DNA of 64,000 nt from Polyangiaceae bacterium. GTDB taxonomy: Bacteria > Myxococcota_A > Polyangia > Polyangiales > Polyangiaceae. Made by a program: the position numbers and the translations under genes. The stretch covers positions 256,001 through 320,000 of the forward strand of contig JBILLK010000007.1 of the NCBI GenBank assembly GCA_044376115.1, written 5' to 3'. This document shows positions 37,014 through 47,181 of this stretch, piece by piece. Under the pieces are notes generated by a model. It had not been told where the DNA came from, did no database searches, and saw nothing but the letters and a program-made list of their open reading frames with translations. Within the stretch, counting starts at the first letter, position 1. The number at the start of each line of letters is the position of its first letter.

Positions 37014-38365
37014 ACGTCGGCCTTGGTCCCGGTGCGGTAGTAGCGTTCATGTTCCGGGCGCTGAAAGGTGAACGCACCGAAGGCGTTGACTGCCACGGCT
37101 ACGGCTGCCGCGAGCGCGAGGCCCGGCGTCCAGCGCCGACGAGCGATCGGTAACATCAGCAGTAGAAAGACGATGAAGTCGTTCGAGAAGCGGTAGCCGA
37201 ATTGGACTCGGCCGGTGTTCTGATAGAGCAACGAGGGCACCGCAACCAGCGCCGCTGAGAGGCCCAGCGCAAGGAAGGTCGCGCGCGCCGCAGTGCTGCG
37301 AAAGCGCGGGAATAGCAGCCAAAGCAGAAAAGGGGAGGTGAGCCACAACGCGAGTCCATGTTGACTTATGCGCAGCCCATCTTTGCCGTGGCCCCAGAAG
37401 GGCATGCTAGCGAGCGCGACGCCCAAGTTTCGCCCGAGGTAGTGAAAGCTGAAGAGTCCCCACTTCTCGATGCGCGGCTTCCAAACGATATCGAGGTGCC
37501 GATGCCCAAACTCAAACGGGTCGTGGAAGCGAAGGTTGTTGTGAAAGGCGATCACGAGCAGCACCGCACAAAGCGGCGCAAAGAAGAGACCGACCCTGCG
37601 CGCCAGCAGGAGAGGATCGACCGTGCGATAGTCCCTGCAGGCCTCGAACAGAAAGAACGGCGCCGCAAATAGCAGCGGAACCCGCGTCGCGAAGGCCAAG
37701 CCCAGAAAGAGCCCCGCGAGCAGCGGACGTTTGGCTTCGATGCTGGTGAACACGTACAAGGCGCTCAGGCCGGTGCCTACGACATGAGCCGCGAACCAAA
37801 CGGTGCCTTGCACCGAGCTGAACCAGAACACCGTAGCGAGCGGAAGTAGCAACGCGATCGCAGCGCAGCTCAGCGCGGAGTGATGCACCCGCTTGGATGC
37901 TCGAAGTTGCAGCAAGCTGAGAAAGGTGAACAGCGGCGCGACCGGCGTGAGCAGCAGAAAGAACAAGCCGTCGCGGACTGCGCCTGCGCTGCCAGTGAGC
38001 AAAACGAGCGGCGTCAGCAGCAGCGCGGGGAACGGCGGGAAGGTGATCCAGTGTTTGCCACCATGGATCGCGAAGTCGTCGTTGCCCGTGTACTCCGGCG
38101 GCGGCCCACCCAAGTCGAGCCGTCCCTGAAGCCAGCTCTCCGCAAGCAACGCAAAGTGATTTTGCGCGGTGTGCTTGCTGAAGAGTTCGCTGGGAGCTGC
38201 CCACAGGTTGGCGACGAGGGTGAGCAAAGCCACAGCCACTGCAAGCTGCCAGTGCTTGACGTTCCGCCAAAGGCACCAGTCATTTCGTTGCATCGGCGGG
38301 CTGGCGGAGGGTGAGGGCACTTGCGTTCGTCCAACTTTCGTGAAAAGACCTGCCGCTCGTAACAC
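36995..38365 (-). CDS. Polytopic membrane protein, GT-C glycosyltransferase-like (start uncertain)
   Basis: About 10 hydrophobic helices; FPPFPALL, LAFATR, NNLRFHDPFEFG, QFGYRFSND. Confidence 0.65.
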   Translation of the reverse strand: MLRAAGLFTKVGRTQVPSPSASPPMQRNDWCLWRNVKHWQLAVAVALLTLVANLWAAPSELFSKHTAQNHFALLAESWLQGRLDLGGPPPEYTGNDDFAIHGGKHWITFPPFPALLLTPLVLLTGSAGAVRDGLFFLLLTPVAPLFTFLSLLQLRASKRVHHSALSCAAIALLLPLATVFWFSSVQGTVWFAAHVVGTGLSALYVFTSIEAKRPLLAGLFLGLAFATRVPLLFAAPFFLFEACRDYRTVDPLLLARRVGLFFAPLCAVLLVIAFHNNLRFHDPFEFGHRHLDIVWKPRIEKWGLFSFHYLGRNLGVALASMPFWGHGKDGLRISQHGLALWLTSPFLLWLLFPRFRSTAARATFLALGLSAALVAVPSLLYQNTGRVQFGYRFSNDFIVFLLLMLPIARRRWTPGLALAAAVAVAVNAFGAFTFQRPEHERYYRTGTKADVYFEPD

Positions 38366-38382
38366 GGAGAGAACCCGAGAGA

Positions 38383-39174
38383 ATGGCTGAGTCCCACGGT
38401 AAACCAGCAGAGCATCTGATCGTCCTTCAGGCGAATGACATCGAGACGACGGGAATTGAGGTCAGCGAAGAGCTGTCCGTCGAGTGGCTCAACCAGCATT
38501 TGCGTGAAGCCGAAGCGGAAGCGCGCGCAGCCGGTAAGTTCTCCGGGCGTCTTTCGCGCAGCGGCAAGGCAGACATCGTCGTTCGAGCAAAGCTCTCGGC
38601 CTCGGTATCGCTTCCGTGCGCTCGCTGCTTGACCATGACGCCTGTGGATGTGGCCGCTGAACTCTCGCTTTTGCTACGCCCGCGCAAGGAAGAGCCGAGG
38701 GGAGGCCGTCGCGCCGTTCCTGAGCCCGCGAAGCAGCGAACACCCAAGGCCGTTGAGTACGAGTTTTCGTCTGAGGAAGCGGAGCTCGACGACTACGACG
38801 GTGAGAAGGTCGTGCTGGACGGCTTCATCCGAGAAGCAATTCTGCTCGAATTGCCGAGTTTTCCGCTCTGTACCGAGGATTGTTCGGGCATCAGTGAGTC
38901 TTCGCCACGGAAGGCGGCAGGGTCTCAGCCGGGGTCGCGCGGCGGGTCTGCGCGCGCCGCAGCCGCTAAATCCGAGCCTGGCAAGATGGAGCGGCCGAAC
39001 CCTTTTGAGGCGCTTCGTCATTTACTCACCGAGAAGCCCTTGCCTTCGGACGAAGGGTTAGGCAATAGTGCGCGCCCTTCGGCTGCCGAGGTGCGTCGCG
39101 CTACGCGAACGCTCCAGCGAGAAAAGCCCAAGATCCGGTCAAGCATGACCGGTCGCAGCAGCAAGAAAAGTTAA
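38383..39174 (+). CDS. yceD: YceD/DUF177 protein with a basic C-terminal extension
   Basis: PCARCL, IREAILLELP, PLCTEDC; position upstream of rpmF. Confidence 0.88.
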   Translation: MAESHGKPAEHLIVLQANDIETTGIEVSEELSVEWLNQHLREAEAEARAAGKFSGRLSRSGKADIVVRAKLSASVSLPCARCLTMTPVDVAAELSLLLRPRKEEPRGGRRAVPEPAKQRTPKAVEYEFSSEEAELDDYDGEKVVLDGFIREAILLELPSFPLCTEDCSGISESSPRKAAGSQPGSRGGSARAAAAKSEPGKMERPNPFEALRHLLTEKPLPSDEGLGNSARPSAAEVRRATRTLQREKPKIRSSMTGRSSKKS

Positions 39175-39189
39175 TCAGAGGAGTTTGCC

Positions 39190-39378
39190 GTGGCTGTCCC
39201 CAAGCGAAAAACGACCCCCCCGAAGCGTGACATGCGTCGCGCCAACCACGACAAGGTGACTCCCGTCGAGATCGTCGCCTGCCCGAACTGTGGTGAAGCA
39301 ACGCGGCCGCACCGCGCTTGCGGCTCCTGTGGGCACTACAAGGGCAAGAAGGCTGTCGCTGTCAAGACGGCGGGCTGA
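39190..39378 (+). CDS. rpmF: 50S ribosomal protein L32 (Zn-ribbon type)
   Basis: MAVPKRKT..RDMRR, CPNCG, PHRACGSCGHYKG; GAGGAG RBS. Confidence 0.97.
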   Translation: MAVPKRKTTPPKRDMRRANHDKVTPVEIVACPNCGEATRPHRACGSCGHYKGKKAVAVKTAG

Positions 39379-40438
39379 CTCGTCGAAGGGGTTTGGCCGC
39401 TTCCGCAGAGGCGGAGCTGTCGCAAGTCGCGGCACTTCCCAACCTTCTGCGGCGTGGTCGCCTCGCTCGCGTATCGCCGGCACGGGAAGCTACCTGCCGG
39501 CGAACGTCGTTTCGAACGCCGATCTGGCTTCCTTCCTCGATACCAACGACGCGTGGATACGCGAACGCACTGGCATTGCGGAGCGTCGGATCGCAGGTGA
39601 AGACGAGGCGACGAGTGACCTTGCCGTCATCGCTGCGCGCCGCGCTCTTGCTTCCGCCGGGCTGCAGGCGAGCGACATCGACCTGATCGTCGTTGGAACC
39701 ATCACGCCCGATGGTCCAATGCCCGCCTGTGCGGTACGCGTGCAAACCAAGCTCGGTCTCGACCGAGTGCCTTCGTTCGACGTATCCGCTGCATGCGCCG
39801 GGTTTCTCTACGGGATGGTGATCGCCGACCAGTTCATCAAGACCGGGGCGGCGAAGAACGTTCTCGTCGTCGGCGCTGAGCTCTTGAGTCGCGTGGTGGA
39901 CTGGTCAGACCGCACCACCGCCGTGCTCTTTGGTGACGGCGCTGGCGCGGTTGTGCTCTCACCCGCGGAGCGCGGTGGCTTGATTTCGGCTCGACTCGCG
40001 AGTGAAGGCGGGCTCGCTGACGCGCTCGGGATCCCCGCAGGCGGCACCTTTGAGCCGCTCACTGTTCGAGGCATGGCTTCGCATCGCGACAAGATGAAGA
40101 TGGTCGGGCAGGACGTTTTTCGCGCGGCCATTCGTGGGCTCGCGGAGATTGGGGAGCAGGTCGTTCACGAGGCTGGTCTTTCAATGTCCGACGTCGATTG
40201 GTTCGTGCCCCACCAGTCGAACATGCGCATCTTGAGCGCCGTCGCCGATCGTTGGCAGGTTGGGCTCGATCGCTTCATCCTCATGCTCGAAGCAACCGGC
40301 AACACGTCGAGCGCTTCCGTCCCCATCGGGCTCGATGAAGGCTTGCGCGACGGTCGCATTCGCAGCGGGCAGAAGATCCTGATGTTCGCACTTGGCGCCG
40401 GTATCTCGTACGGCGCGGTGTTGCTCGAGGTCGGCTGA
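39290..40438 (+). CDS. fabH: 3-oxoacyl-ACP synthase III (start unresolved; conserved region begins near 39467)
   Basis: IAGTGSYLP, WIRERTGI, AACAG (Cys), LFGDGAGA, PHQSN (His), GNTSSAS (Asn). Confidence 0.93.
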   Translation: MVKQRGRTALAAPVGTTRARRLSLSRRRADSSKGFGRFRRGGAVASRGTSQPSAAWSPRSRIAGTGSYLPANVVSNADLASFLDTNDAWIRERTGIAERRIAGEDEATSDLAVIAARRALASAGLQASDIDLIVVGTITPDGPMPACAVRVQTKLGLDRVPSFDVSAACAGFLYGMVIADQFIKTGAAKNVLVVGAELLSRVVDWSDRTTAVLFGDGAGAVVLSPAERGGLISARLASEGGLADALGIPAGGTFEPLTVRGMASHRDKMKMVGQDVFRAAIRGLAEIGEQVVHEAGLSMSDVDWFVPHQSNMRILSAVADRWQVGLDRFILMLEATGNTSSASVPIGLDEGLRDGRIRSGQKILMFALGAGISYGAVLLEVG

Positions 40439-40679
40439 GTTCGCATCCTGCACCTCGAGTGCAGCACGTGTACAAACCTGACGCTCCAAGGCGAGTTCTT
40501 GTGCAGTGCGTCGCTCGCTGGTCCGAAAAATTGGCGTGAATCCCTCTACCAACAGCAGGACTTCTGTTCTAAGAACGAACGCCTTACTTGGAGGGTGCTG
40601 AAGCGGCACAGAGCGTGCTCACCGCGCGTCGCATCCCTCGCTTGTTGCTGTCGCCCGGATCGTAGTTGTTGGAGGTCCC

Positions 40680-41195
40680 ATGTTGCATATCACTGCTCCC
40701 CGTTCCGTATTTCTTGCCACCCTCAGCTTGGTGCTCGCCTGTGCTCAGGGAGACACCGGAACCGGTGGGGGCATCTCGAGCGGCGACACTGACTCCAGCA
40801 GCAGCTCGATCACCTCGAGTTCCAGCGGCGACACCAGCGACACCACCTCAACGTCGATGGGTGGGACGACGAACACCGGAATGGGTGGAACCCCGAACAC
40901 CACCAACACCACCAACTCCACTGTAACGGCCGGTGGCAACAATGAGGGCGGAGCAACGTCCAGCAACGTTGTCACTGCCAACAACGCCAACAACGCCAAC
41001 AACGCAGCAACCACGAGTTCGAGCAGCGGAGCGATGTGTGATCAGTTCACCTGCTTGCTCGTCTGCCTGCAAGGGCCGCAGGGCGCTTGTGATGAAGCGG
41101 CTTGCATGTGTGATTCGTTGATCTCGAGCGTTTCATCGGGCCTGGCGGGCGGCTTCCCGAGCTCTGCAGCTGGCCTTGCCGGCTTTGCTCCCTGA
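40680..41195 (+). CDS. Ser/Thr/Asn-rich putative lipoprotein with a small Cys cluster
   Basis: GGAGG RBS; lipobox VLAC; low-complexity body; CDQFTCLLVC..ACDEAACMC. Confidence 0.7.
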   Translation: MLHITAPRSVFLATLSLVLACAQGDTGTGGGISSGDTDSSSSSITSSSSGDTSDTTSTSMGGTTNTGMGGTPNTTNTTNSTVTAGGNNEGGATSSNVVTANNANNANNAATTSSSSGAMCDQFTCLLVCLQGPQGACDEAACMCDSLISSVSSGLAGGFPSSAAGLAGFAP

Positions 41196-41305
41196 GCACG
41201 AGCGCTTGAATCGCTTCGCTGCGCGCGCGAATTGACGCACGCGAATGATCCCTTCATAGCGTTAGCGATGAACGAGCGCTCGCAGGGTTTCGTGGAGCTT
41301 GGACG

Positions 41306-42265
41306 ATGAAGGTCGCGTGGATCTTTCCGGGCCAGGGTTCGCAGGAAGTTGGAATGGGGCGAGACGTCGCTGCGGCCTACTCGGCCGCAGCGCAGGCCTA
41401 CGCGGAGGCAGACGCTGCCTTCGCAAGGGCAGGGGACGCTGCGACGCTGTCCCAACTGTGCTTCGACGGACCGATCGAGGCGCTGACACTGACCGAGAAC
41501 ACGCAACCCGCGCTGGTGGCAACCGAGCTCGCGTTGGTTGCAGCGATTCGGCAGGCACACCCGGACTTGGCGCCGCCCGTCGTAGCGCTTGGGCACTCGC
41601 TCGGTGAGTACAGCGCGCTGGTAGCGGCAGGTGCGTTGAGCCTCGCGGACGCTGTTCGGCTCTGCCGTATTCGTGGAGAAGCGATGCAGGCGGCGGTTCC
41701 CCAAGGTGCCGGAGCGATGGCGGCAATTTTGGGCGCCGACCCAGAGGCGATTCGAGTCGCATGCGACGAGGCCTCGCAGGAGAACTCGCCGGTGTCGGCT
41801 GCCAACTTCAACGGTCCGGGGCAGACGGTGATCGCTGGCGCTGCCGAGGCTGTCACGCGCGCAACCGCTCTGCTCGGGGCGCGCGGCGCGAAGGTCATTC
41901 CGCTCAAGGTAAGCGCGCCCTTTCACTGCGCGTTGATGAAGCCCGCTGCGCTCGCGCTGGGCAAGGCGCTCGAGGGAGTAGAGCTTGGGCCCCTTTCGTT
42001 TCCAGTGATCGCGAACATCGACGCGGTCGCCAACGGTGACCCAGCGCGAGTGAAAGAGCTCCTCGTGCGCCAGGTGGACGGCCCAGTGCAGTGGATTCGC
42101 TGCGTTGAACAGGCCGTTGCGCTCGGCGTCGAGGTGATGGTCGAGGTTGGTCCAGGCAAAGTGCTCGCGGGTCTGATCAAGCGAATCGACAAGAAGCTGC
42201 GTGTGATTTCTGTGTCTGGTCCGGACTCGGTAGCCGGGCTCAAGAGCGCTCTCGCTCAAGGCTGA
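41306..42265 (+). CDS. fabD: Malonyl-CoA:ACP transacylase
   Basis: [28 protein letters not shown]. Confidence 0.97.
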   Translation: MKVAWIFPGQGSQEVGMGRDVAAAYSAAAQAYAEADAAFARAGDAATLSQLCFDGPIEALTLTENTQPALVATELALVAAIRQAHPDLAPPVVALGHSLGEYSALVAAGALSLADAVRLCRIRGEAMQAAVPQGAGAMAAILGADPEAIRVACDEASQENSPVSAANFNGPGQTVIAGAAEAVTRATALLGARGAKVIPLKVSAPFHCALMKPAALALGKALEGVELGPLSFPVIANIDAVANGDPARVKELLVRQVDGPVQWIRCVEQAVALGVEVMVEVGPGKVLAGLIKRIDKKLRVISVSGPDSVAGLKSALAQG

Positions 42266-42309
42266 CTTTGCCCATCGCTTGTGCGATGAAGTGCTGACTA
42301 CGAGGAGTA

Positions 42310-43062
42310 ATGATGTTCCGGCTCGATGGAAAAGTAGCTCTGGTAACTGGCGGTTCACGAGGGATTGGTCGGGCTTGCTCGGAGGCCCTGGCAGCGCAGG
42401 GTGCGACGGTGCTCGTCAACTATGTGCGCGGTGAAGAGGAAGCCAAGAAGACCGTCGCCGCGATCGAGGCGAAGGGCGGCAAGGCAGAGGCCGTTGGCTT
42501 TGACATCGCCGATGTGGAGCGCACCGAAGCGGCCATCGCCGAGGCAGCGAAGCGGCATGGCCGTTTGGACATCCTCGTGGCGAACGCAGGCATCGCCATC
42601 GACAACCTCGTATTGAGAGTGAAAGAGGAGGAGATCGACAGGCTTTTCGCCGTGAACGTAAAGGGGTCGATCTTCGCCGCCAAAGCCGCGATCAAAGTGA
42701 TGATGCGCGCCAAGACCGGGCGCATCGTCTTCCTCAGCAGCATCGTGGGTGAAATGGGAAACGCGGGCCAGACGGGCTACGCGGCGACCAAGGCGGCTGT
42801 GCTCGGCGTCACCAAGTCGCTCGCGCGCGAGTATGCATCGCGCAACGTGACCGTGAACGCCGTGGCACCCGGCTTCATCGACACCGACATGACCACGCAG
42901 ATCAGCGGCGAGATGAAGGATGCGATGTTGAAGTCGATCCCGCTTGCTCGAACCGGCCGCTCGGAAGAGGTCGCTGCTGCTGTCGCGTTCCTGTGCTCGG
43001 ACGAGGCGAGCTACATCACCGGCGACGTGTTGCGCGTGAATGGCGGCATGTTGATGGGCTGA
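42310..43062 (+). CDS. fabG: 3-oxoacyl-ACP reductase
   Basis: [34 protein letters not shown]; fab operon context. Confidence 0.96.
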   Translation: MMFRLDGKVALVTGGSRGIGRACSEALAAQGATVLVNYVRGEEEAKKTVAAIEAKGGKAEAVGFDIADVERTEAAIAEAAKRHGRLDILVANAGIAIDNLVLRVKEEEIDRLFAVNVKGSIFAAKAAIKVMMRAKTGRIVFLSSIVGEMGNAGQTGYAATKAAVLGVTKSLAREYASRNVTVNAVAPGFIDTDMTTQISGEMKDAMLKSIPLARTGRSEEVAAAVAFLCSDEASYITGDVLRVNGGMLMG

Positions 43063-43233
43063 GCCCAGCCGCGAGGGCCCTCGACCTTCGCCATTTTCCG
43101 CTGGGGAGCGCTCAAATCGATACTGATTCGACGTTCGGTTGAATTCACGTGGATAGCCCACGCGAATTGGGGTACTAGGGCGAAGCCCAAACAAGGTGGG
43201 CTCATTGGCGGCGCCGCCGCTCGGAGGAAAGAC

Positions 43234-43482
43234 ATGGCAGACGGTCGCGACATCACCGCCGAGGTGAAGCGCATCATCAAGGAGCAACTCGACGTCGACG
43301 AGAAGGACATCAAGCCTGAGTCCACGTTCATCGACGACCTTGGCGCTGATTCACTTGGGCTCGTCGAGCTCGTTCTCGCGTTTGAAGAGGCCTTCGAGAT
43401 CGATATCCCGGACGAAGACACGGAGAAAATCCGTACCGTTCAGGACGCCATCACCTACATCGAAACGCACGCCAAGAAGTAG
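43234..43482 (+). CDS. acpP: Acyl carrier protein
   Basis: DDLGADSL phosphopantetheine site; FEIDIPDE. Confidence 0.97.
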   Translation: MADGRDITAEVKRIIKEQLDVDEKDIKPESTFIDDLGADSLGLVELVLAFEEAFEIDIPDEDTEKIRTVQDAITYIETHAKK

Positions 43483-43494
43483 GCGTCGCTGCCT

Positions 43495-43524
43495 GCTGAA
43501 TTCGGCGTGGGTGCCGGGTTCGGC
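43495..43524 (+). terminator. 12-bp stem-loop just after acpP (attenuator or mRNA stabiliser)
   Basis: GCTGAATTCGGC-GTGGGT-GCCGGGTTCGGC pairs fully using three G-U pairs on the + strand; no U tract. Confidence 0.45.
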
Positions 43525-43713
43525 GGAGAGTAGCCAAAGCTTCGGCTGAGGCCACTATCGAGTCAAACTTCACCCAACATGAGCGCGTCACGAAAGTGGC
43601 GCGTTCGTGCTTGCGGGACCGGTAAGTCACTGCGCTGCTCGAGGTTCCTCGAGCTGGGAATTGACGGCGTAAACGGACGAACGTTTGAGGACGTTGCTCG
43701 CGAAGAGGGTTTC

Positions 43714-44985
43714 ATGGAACGAGTAGTTGTATCGGGAATCGGTTTGGTAACTCCGTGCGGAGTTGGTACCACTGAGACCTTCACCAATGTCGTTCAGGGC
43801 AAGAGTGGCATTCGGACGATCACGTTGTTCGACACGACGGGCCATTCGACCACCATCGCTGGAGAGGTGCCCGACTTCGATGCCGAGAAGTTCATCCCGC
43901 GCAAGAAGCTCAAGGAGATGGGGCGCTTCGCGCATCTCGCGGTAGCTGCCTCGATGTTGGCGTGGAAAGACGCCGGATTTAGTGAGAATCCGCCTTCCGA
44001 GGAAGTGCTCGAGAACACCGGGACCTTCCTTGGCGTGGGCCTTGGCGGGCTCGAGGGTCTGTACAACCAGTCGATCAAACTCAAAGAGTCGGGTCCTTCC
44101 AAGATCAGCCCGTACTTCATCCCGGCGGTGATCGGAAATCTCGCGGCTGGGCAAGTGGCGATGGCGCTCGGCCTAAAGGGTCCCAGCTACGCGAACACCA
44201 GCGCGTGCGCCTCGAGCGCGCACTCCGTCGGAGAGGCCTTCGAGTGGATTCGTCGCGGTCGCGCGCCGCTGATGCTGGCGGGCGGCGCTGAATCAACCAT
44301 CACCGCTCTCGGTATCGCCGGCTTCTCGGCGATGTTTGCGCTCTCCCGCCGCAATGACGCTCCCACCGAGGCGAGTCGGCCTTGGGATGAGGGGCGTGAC
44401 GGGTTCGTCTGCAGCGAAGGCGCTGGCGTACTCGTGCTCGAGGCCGAGTCGCGCGCACTCGCGCGCGGTGCGACGATCTACGCTGAGGTCACCGGTTATG
44501 GTGCTTCATGTGACGCGTACCACTTGACCAAGCCAGCCCCCAACGGGGAAGGCGCACGGCGCGCCATGAAGGCGGCGCTCGAGGACGCGAAGGTTGCGCC
44601 GGGAGACGTGGATTACGTCAACGCGCACGGCACCTCCACGCCCCACGGGGACGTCGAGGAGGCGAGGGCGATCGTCAACCTGTTTGGAGAGCACGCGCTA
44701 TCGGGGGCCCCGGACAAGCGCTTGTGGGTCAGTTCGACGAAGTCGGTCATGGGCCACCTCCTCGGCGGCGCCGGCGGAGTTGAGGCCGCGATTTGCGCCT
44801 TGGCGATTCGTGATGGTGTGGTGCCCCCAACGATCAACCTTCACAATCAGTCGCCGGAAGTTCCTCTCGACCTCGTGCCGCACGAAGCTCGCCGTCGCGT
44901 GCTGCGCCATACACTCAGCAACTCGTTCGGTTTCGGTGGCACCAACGCCTCTGTGATGATCTCTCGCTACGAGTCCAGCCGATGA
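43714..44985 (+). CDS. fabF: 3-oxoacyl-ACP synthase II
   Basis: [37 protein letters not shown]. Confidence 0.97.
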   Translation: MERVVVSGIGLVTPCGVGTTETFTNVVQGKSGIRTITLFDTTGHSTTIAGEVPDFDAEKFIPRKKLKEMGRFAHLAVAASMLAWKDAGFSENPPSEEVLENTGTFLGVGLGGLEGLYNQSIKLKESGPSKISPYFIPAVIGNLAAGQVAMALGLKGPSYANTSACASSAHSVGEAFEWIRRGRAPLMLAGGAESTITALGIAGFSAMFALSRRNDAPTEASRPWDEGRDGFVCSEGAGVLVLEAESRALARGATIYAEVTGYGASCDAYHLTKPAPNGEGARRAMKAALEDAKVAPGDVDYVNAHGTSTPHGDVEEARAIVNLFGEHALSGAPDKRLWVSSTKSVMGHLLGGAGGVEAAICALAIRDGVVPPTINLHNQSPEVPLDLVPHEARRRVLRHTLSNSFGFGGTNASVMISRYESSR

Positions 44986-45452
44986 AATGCCCATATTGTG
45001 GGCACCTCGAGAACCACGTCGTGGATTCACGGGCCTCCAATTCCGGGGACGTGATTCGGCGACGTCGGCAGTGCGAGTCGTGCACCACGCGCTTCACCAC
45101 GTATGAACGGGTCGAGTACACCCTTCCTACCGTGGTCAAGAAAGACGGACGCCGAGAGCCCTTCGATCGCACCAAGATCGCCAAGAGCCTGCGGGTGGCG
45201 CTGTCGAAGCGGCCGGTCTCACTCGAGCGAATCGAGAGTATCGCTGACGAGATCGAGCGCGAGCTGGTGGAGGCTGATCAGCGTGAAATGGCCAGCTCGA
45301 TGATCGGCGAGCGGCTGATGCAGCGGCTACGCGAGTTGGACCAGGTGGCCTACGTTCGCTTCGCCAGCGTGTATCGTTCCTTCCGTGACATTGATGAGTT
45401 CGCCGCTGAACTTGGTAGGCTTTCGGGAGATCCCGGGGAGCGGGCACCGTGA
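44982..45452 (+). CDS. nrdR: Transcriptional repressor NrdR
   Basis: [27 protein letters not shown] cone, [10 protein letters not shown]. Confidence 0.97.
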   Translation: MKCPYCGHLENHVVDSRASNSGDVIRRRRQCESCTTRFTTYERVEYTLPTVVKKDGRREPFDRTKIAKSLRVALSKRPVSLERIESIADEIERELVEADQREMASSMIGERLMQRLRELDQVAYVRFASVYRSFRDIDEFAAELGRLSGDPGERAP

Positions 45453-46573
45453 GCAAGCGTTTCAGTCCAGCGGATGAAAAAGGGATGCGTGCGGCGATCG
45501 CTGCCGCCGAACGCAGTCTTCCGTCGCCGAACCCACCGGTCGGGGCGATCGTGGTTGACGTCAATGGCAAGACCGTTGGGGTAGGTCACCACAAAGTGGC
45601 TGGCGGGCCGCATGCAGAAGCCGTCGCTTTGGAGGCGGCCGGCGAGGCGGCACAGGGCGGAACGCTGTACGTGACGCTCGAGCCCTGCAATCACCAAGGC
45701 CGCACGCCTCCGTGCACCCTCGCGATTCAGAAGTCAGGCATTTCGCGCGTTGTGGTTGGCTGCCGCGACCCCAATCCCCACGTCGATGGCGGTGGTGCCG
45801 ACCGCTTGCGAAGTCAGGGCGTGATCGTTGAAGTCGGTCTGCTCGAAAGTGACTGCACATCGTTGATCGAGCCTTGGTCGACCTTCATTCTCACCGGCCT
45901 ACCGTTCGTCTCGCTGAAGCTGGCGCTCTCGCTCGACGGTCGCATCGCGACCCGAACGGGCGCTTCACGGTGGGTCACTGGTCCGGAGGCACGAGGTAAG
46001 GTCCAAGAGCTTCGGGCGCTCAATGACGCCATTGGTGTGGGCATCAACACGGTGATCGCAGACGATCCGCGCCTCACGGTCCGCGATCCTGATTGGGCCG
46101 GACGACGTCCGCGTCGGGTCGTGTTTGATTCGAGCCTACGCATTCCACTCGACAGTCGGTTGGTCACCGAGGTGGAGCAGGCTCCAGTGCTGATCGTGAC
46201 CACGCCCGAGGCCAACTCGGAGCTCGAGGCTGCGCTCGTTGATTCAGGGTGCGAGGTCATCCGCGCCGACGCAACGGCTGAGGGCCGGGTGGACTTCGAG
46301 TCGGCGTTGCGAGAACTCGCCGGCCGCGGCATTGTGGGCATGCTGGTGGAGGGCGGTGCCGAGCTCGCTGGGACTGCGCTAGCGGCCCGGCTGGTGCACC
46401 GCCTGCACGCGTTCGTTGCGCCTATCTTGCTTGGGCCTCGCGGTAGACCAGGGGCGGTAGACTGGGCGGGGCCGGACACGCCGCAAACGGCCCCGCGCAT
46501 CCTCGATCCCAAGTGGGAGCTGCTTGGGTCAGACGCGCACGTCAGCGGCCCCCTCGTGTTCCCTGACGAGTAG
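45449..46573 (+). CDS. ribD: Bifunctional riboflavin deaminase/reductase
   Basis: [40 protein letters not shown]. Confidence 0.96.
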   Translation: MSKRFSPADEKGMRAAIAAAERSLPSPNPPVGAIVVDVNGKTVGVGHHKVAGGPHAEAVALEAAGEAAQGGTLYVTLEPCNHQGRTPPCTLAIQKSGISRVVVGCRDPNPHVDGGGADRLRSQGVIVEVGLLESDCTSLIEPWSTFILTGLPFVSLKLALSLDGRIATRTGASRWVTGPEARGKVQELRALNDAIGVGINTVIADDPRLTVRDPDWAGRRPRRVVFDSSLRIPLDSRLVTEVEQAPVLIVTTPEANSELEAALVDSGCEVIRADATAEGRVDFESALRELAGRGIVGMLVEGGAELAGTALAARLVHRLHAFVAPILLGPRGRPGAVDWAGPDTPQTAPRILDPKWELLGSDAHVSGPLVFPDE

Positions 46574-46592
46574 ACAAGCGCCGCTCCGCCTC

Positions 46593-46651
46593 GGTTCGAG
46601 AGCGTTGGGCGACCGCAAAACTAAGCGCGCCGCCCGACGCCGTCTTCTCGA
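46593..46651. terminator. Possible bidirectional hairpin between convergent ribD and def
   Basis: Imperfect arms tcgagagcgttgggcg ... cgcccgacgccgtcttctcga. Confidence 0.35.
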
Positions 46652-46657
46652 GCGCGA

Positions 46658-47173
46658 TTAGGCTCTGCGCTCGGAGCCAATCGTCTTTTGGACGGTGCGC
46701 GCCATCATGCGCTTCTTGAGCGGCCCCACGTGGTCGATCATCAGCACGCCCATGAGGTGGTCGTACTCATGCTGGATGGCCACGGCTAGCAGGCCATCGG
46801 CTTCAAGCTCGAACGGTTTGCCGTCCCGGTCGAGCGCGCTCACCGTAACGCGCTCCGCGCGCTTGATGTCTTCGGAGACACCTGGAAATGAAAGGCACCC
46901 TTCTTCCCAGGACTGATTGCCCTCACGTTTGAGGATCTCCGGGTTGATGAAGACCCGCAGGTCCGAAGGCTGATCTTCCCCGGCGATGTCGATGAGGAAG
47001 ATACTCAGCGCTTCACCTATCTGAGTTGCGGCCAGGCCAACACCTGGCGCGGCGTACATGGTCTCAGCCATGTCGTCGATCAGTTGGTGAATCGCGGGGG
47101 TTACGGCCTGAACGGGCAGACCTTTGTTGCGTAGCCGGGTGTCGGGGTAGTGGAGGATGGTTCGGATCGCCAT
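46658..47173 (-). CDS. def: Peptide deformylase
   Basis: GVGLAATQIG, EGCLS, QHEYDHL. Confidence 0.97.
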   Translation of the reverse strand: MAIRTILHYPDTRLRNKGLPVQAVTPAIHQLIDDMAETMYAAPGVGLAATQIGEALSIFLIDIAGEDQPSDLRVFINPEILKREGNQSWEEGCLSFPGVSEDIKRAERVTVSALDRDGKPFELEADGLLAVAIQHEYDHLMGVLMIDHVGPLKKRMMARTVQKTIGSERRA

Positions 47174-47181
47174 GGCAAACG

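Noticed and set aside
38383..44985. KS/ACP/AT/KR cluster as a possible type II PKS
   Set aside because: Canonical FAS II genes in the yceD-rpmF context; no chain-length factor or cyclases.
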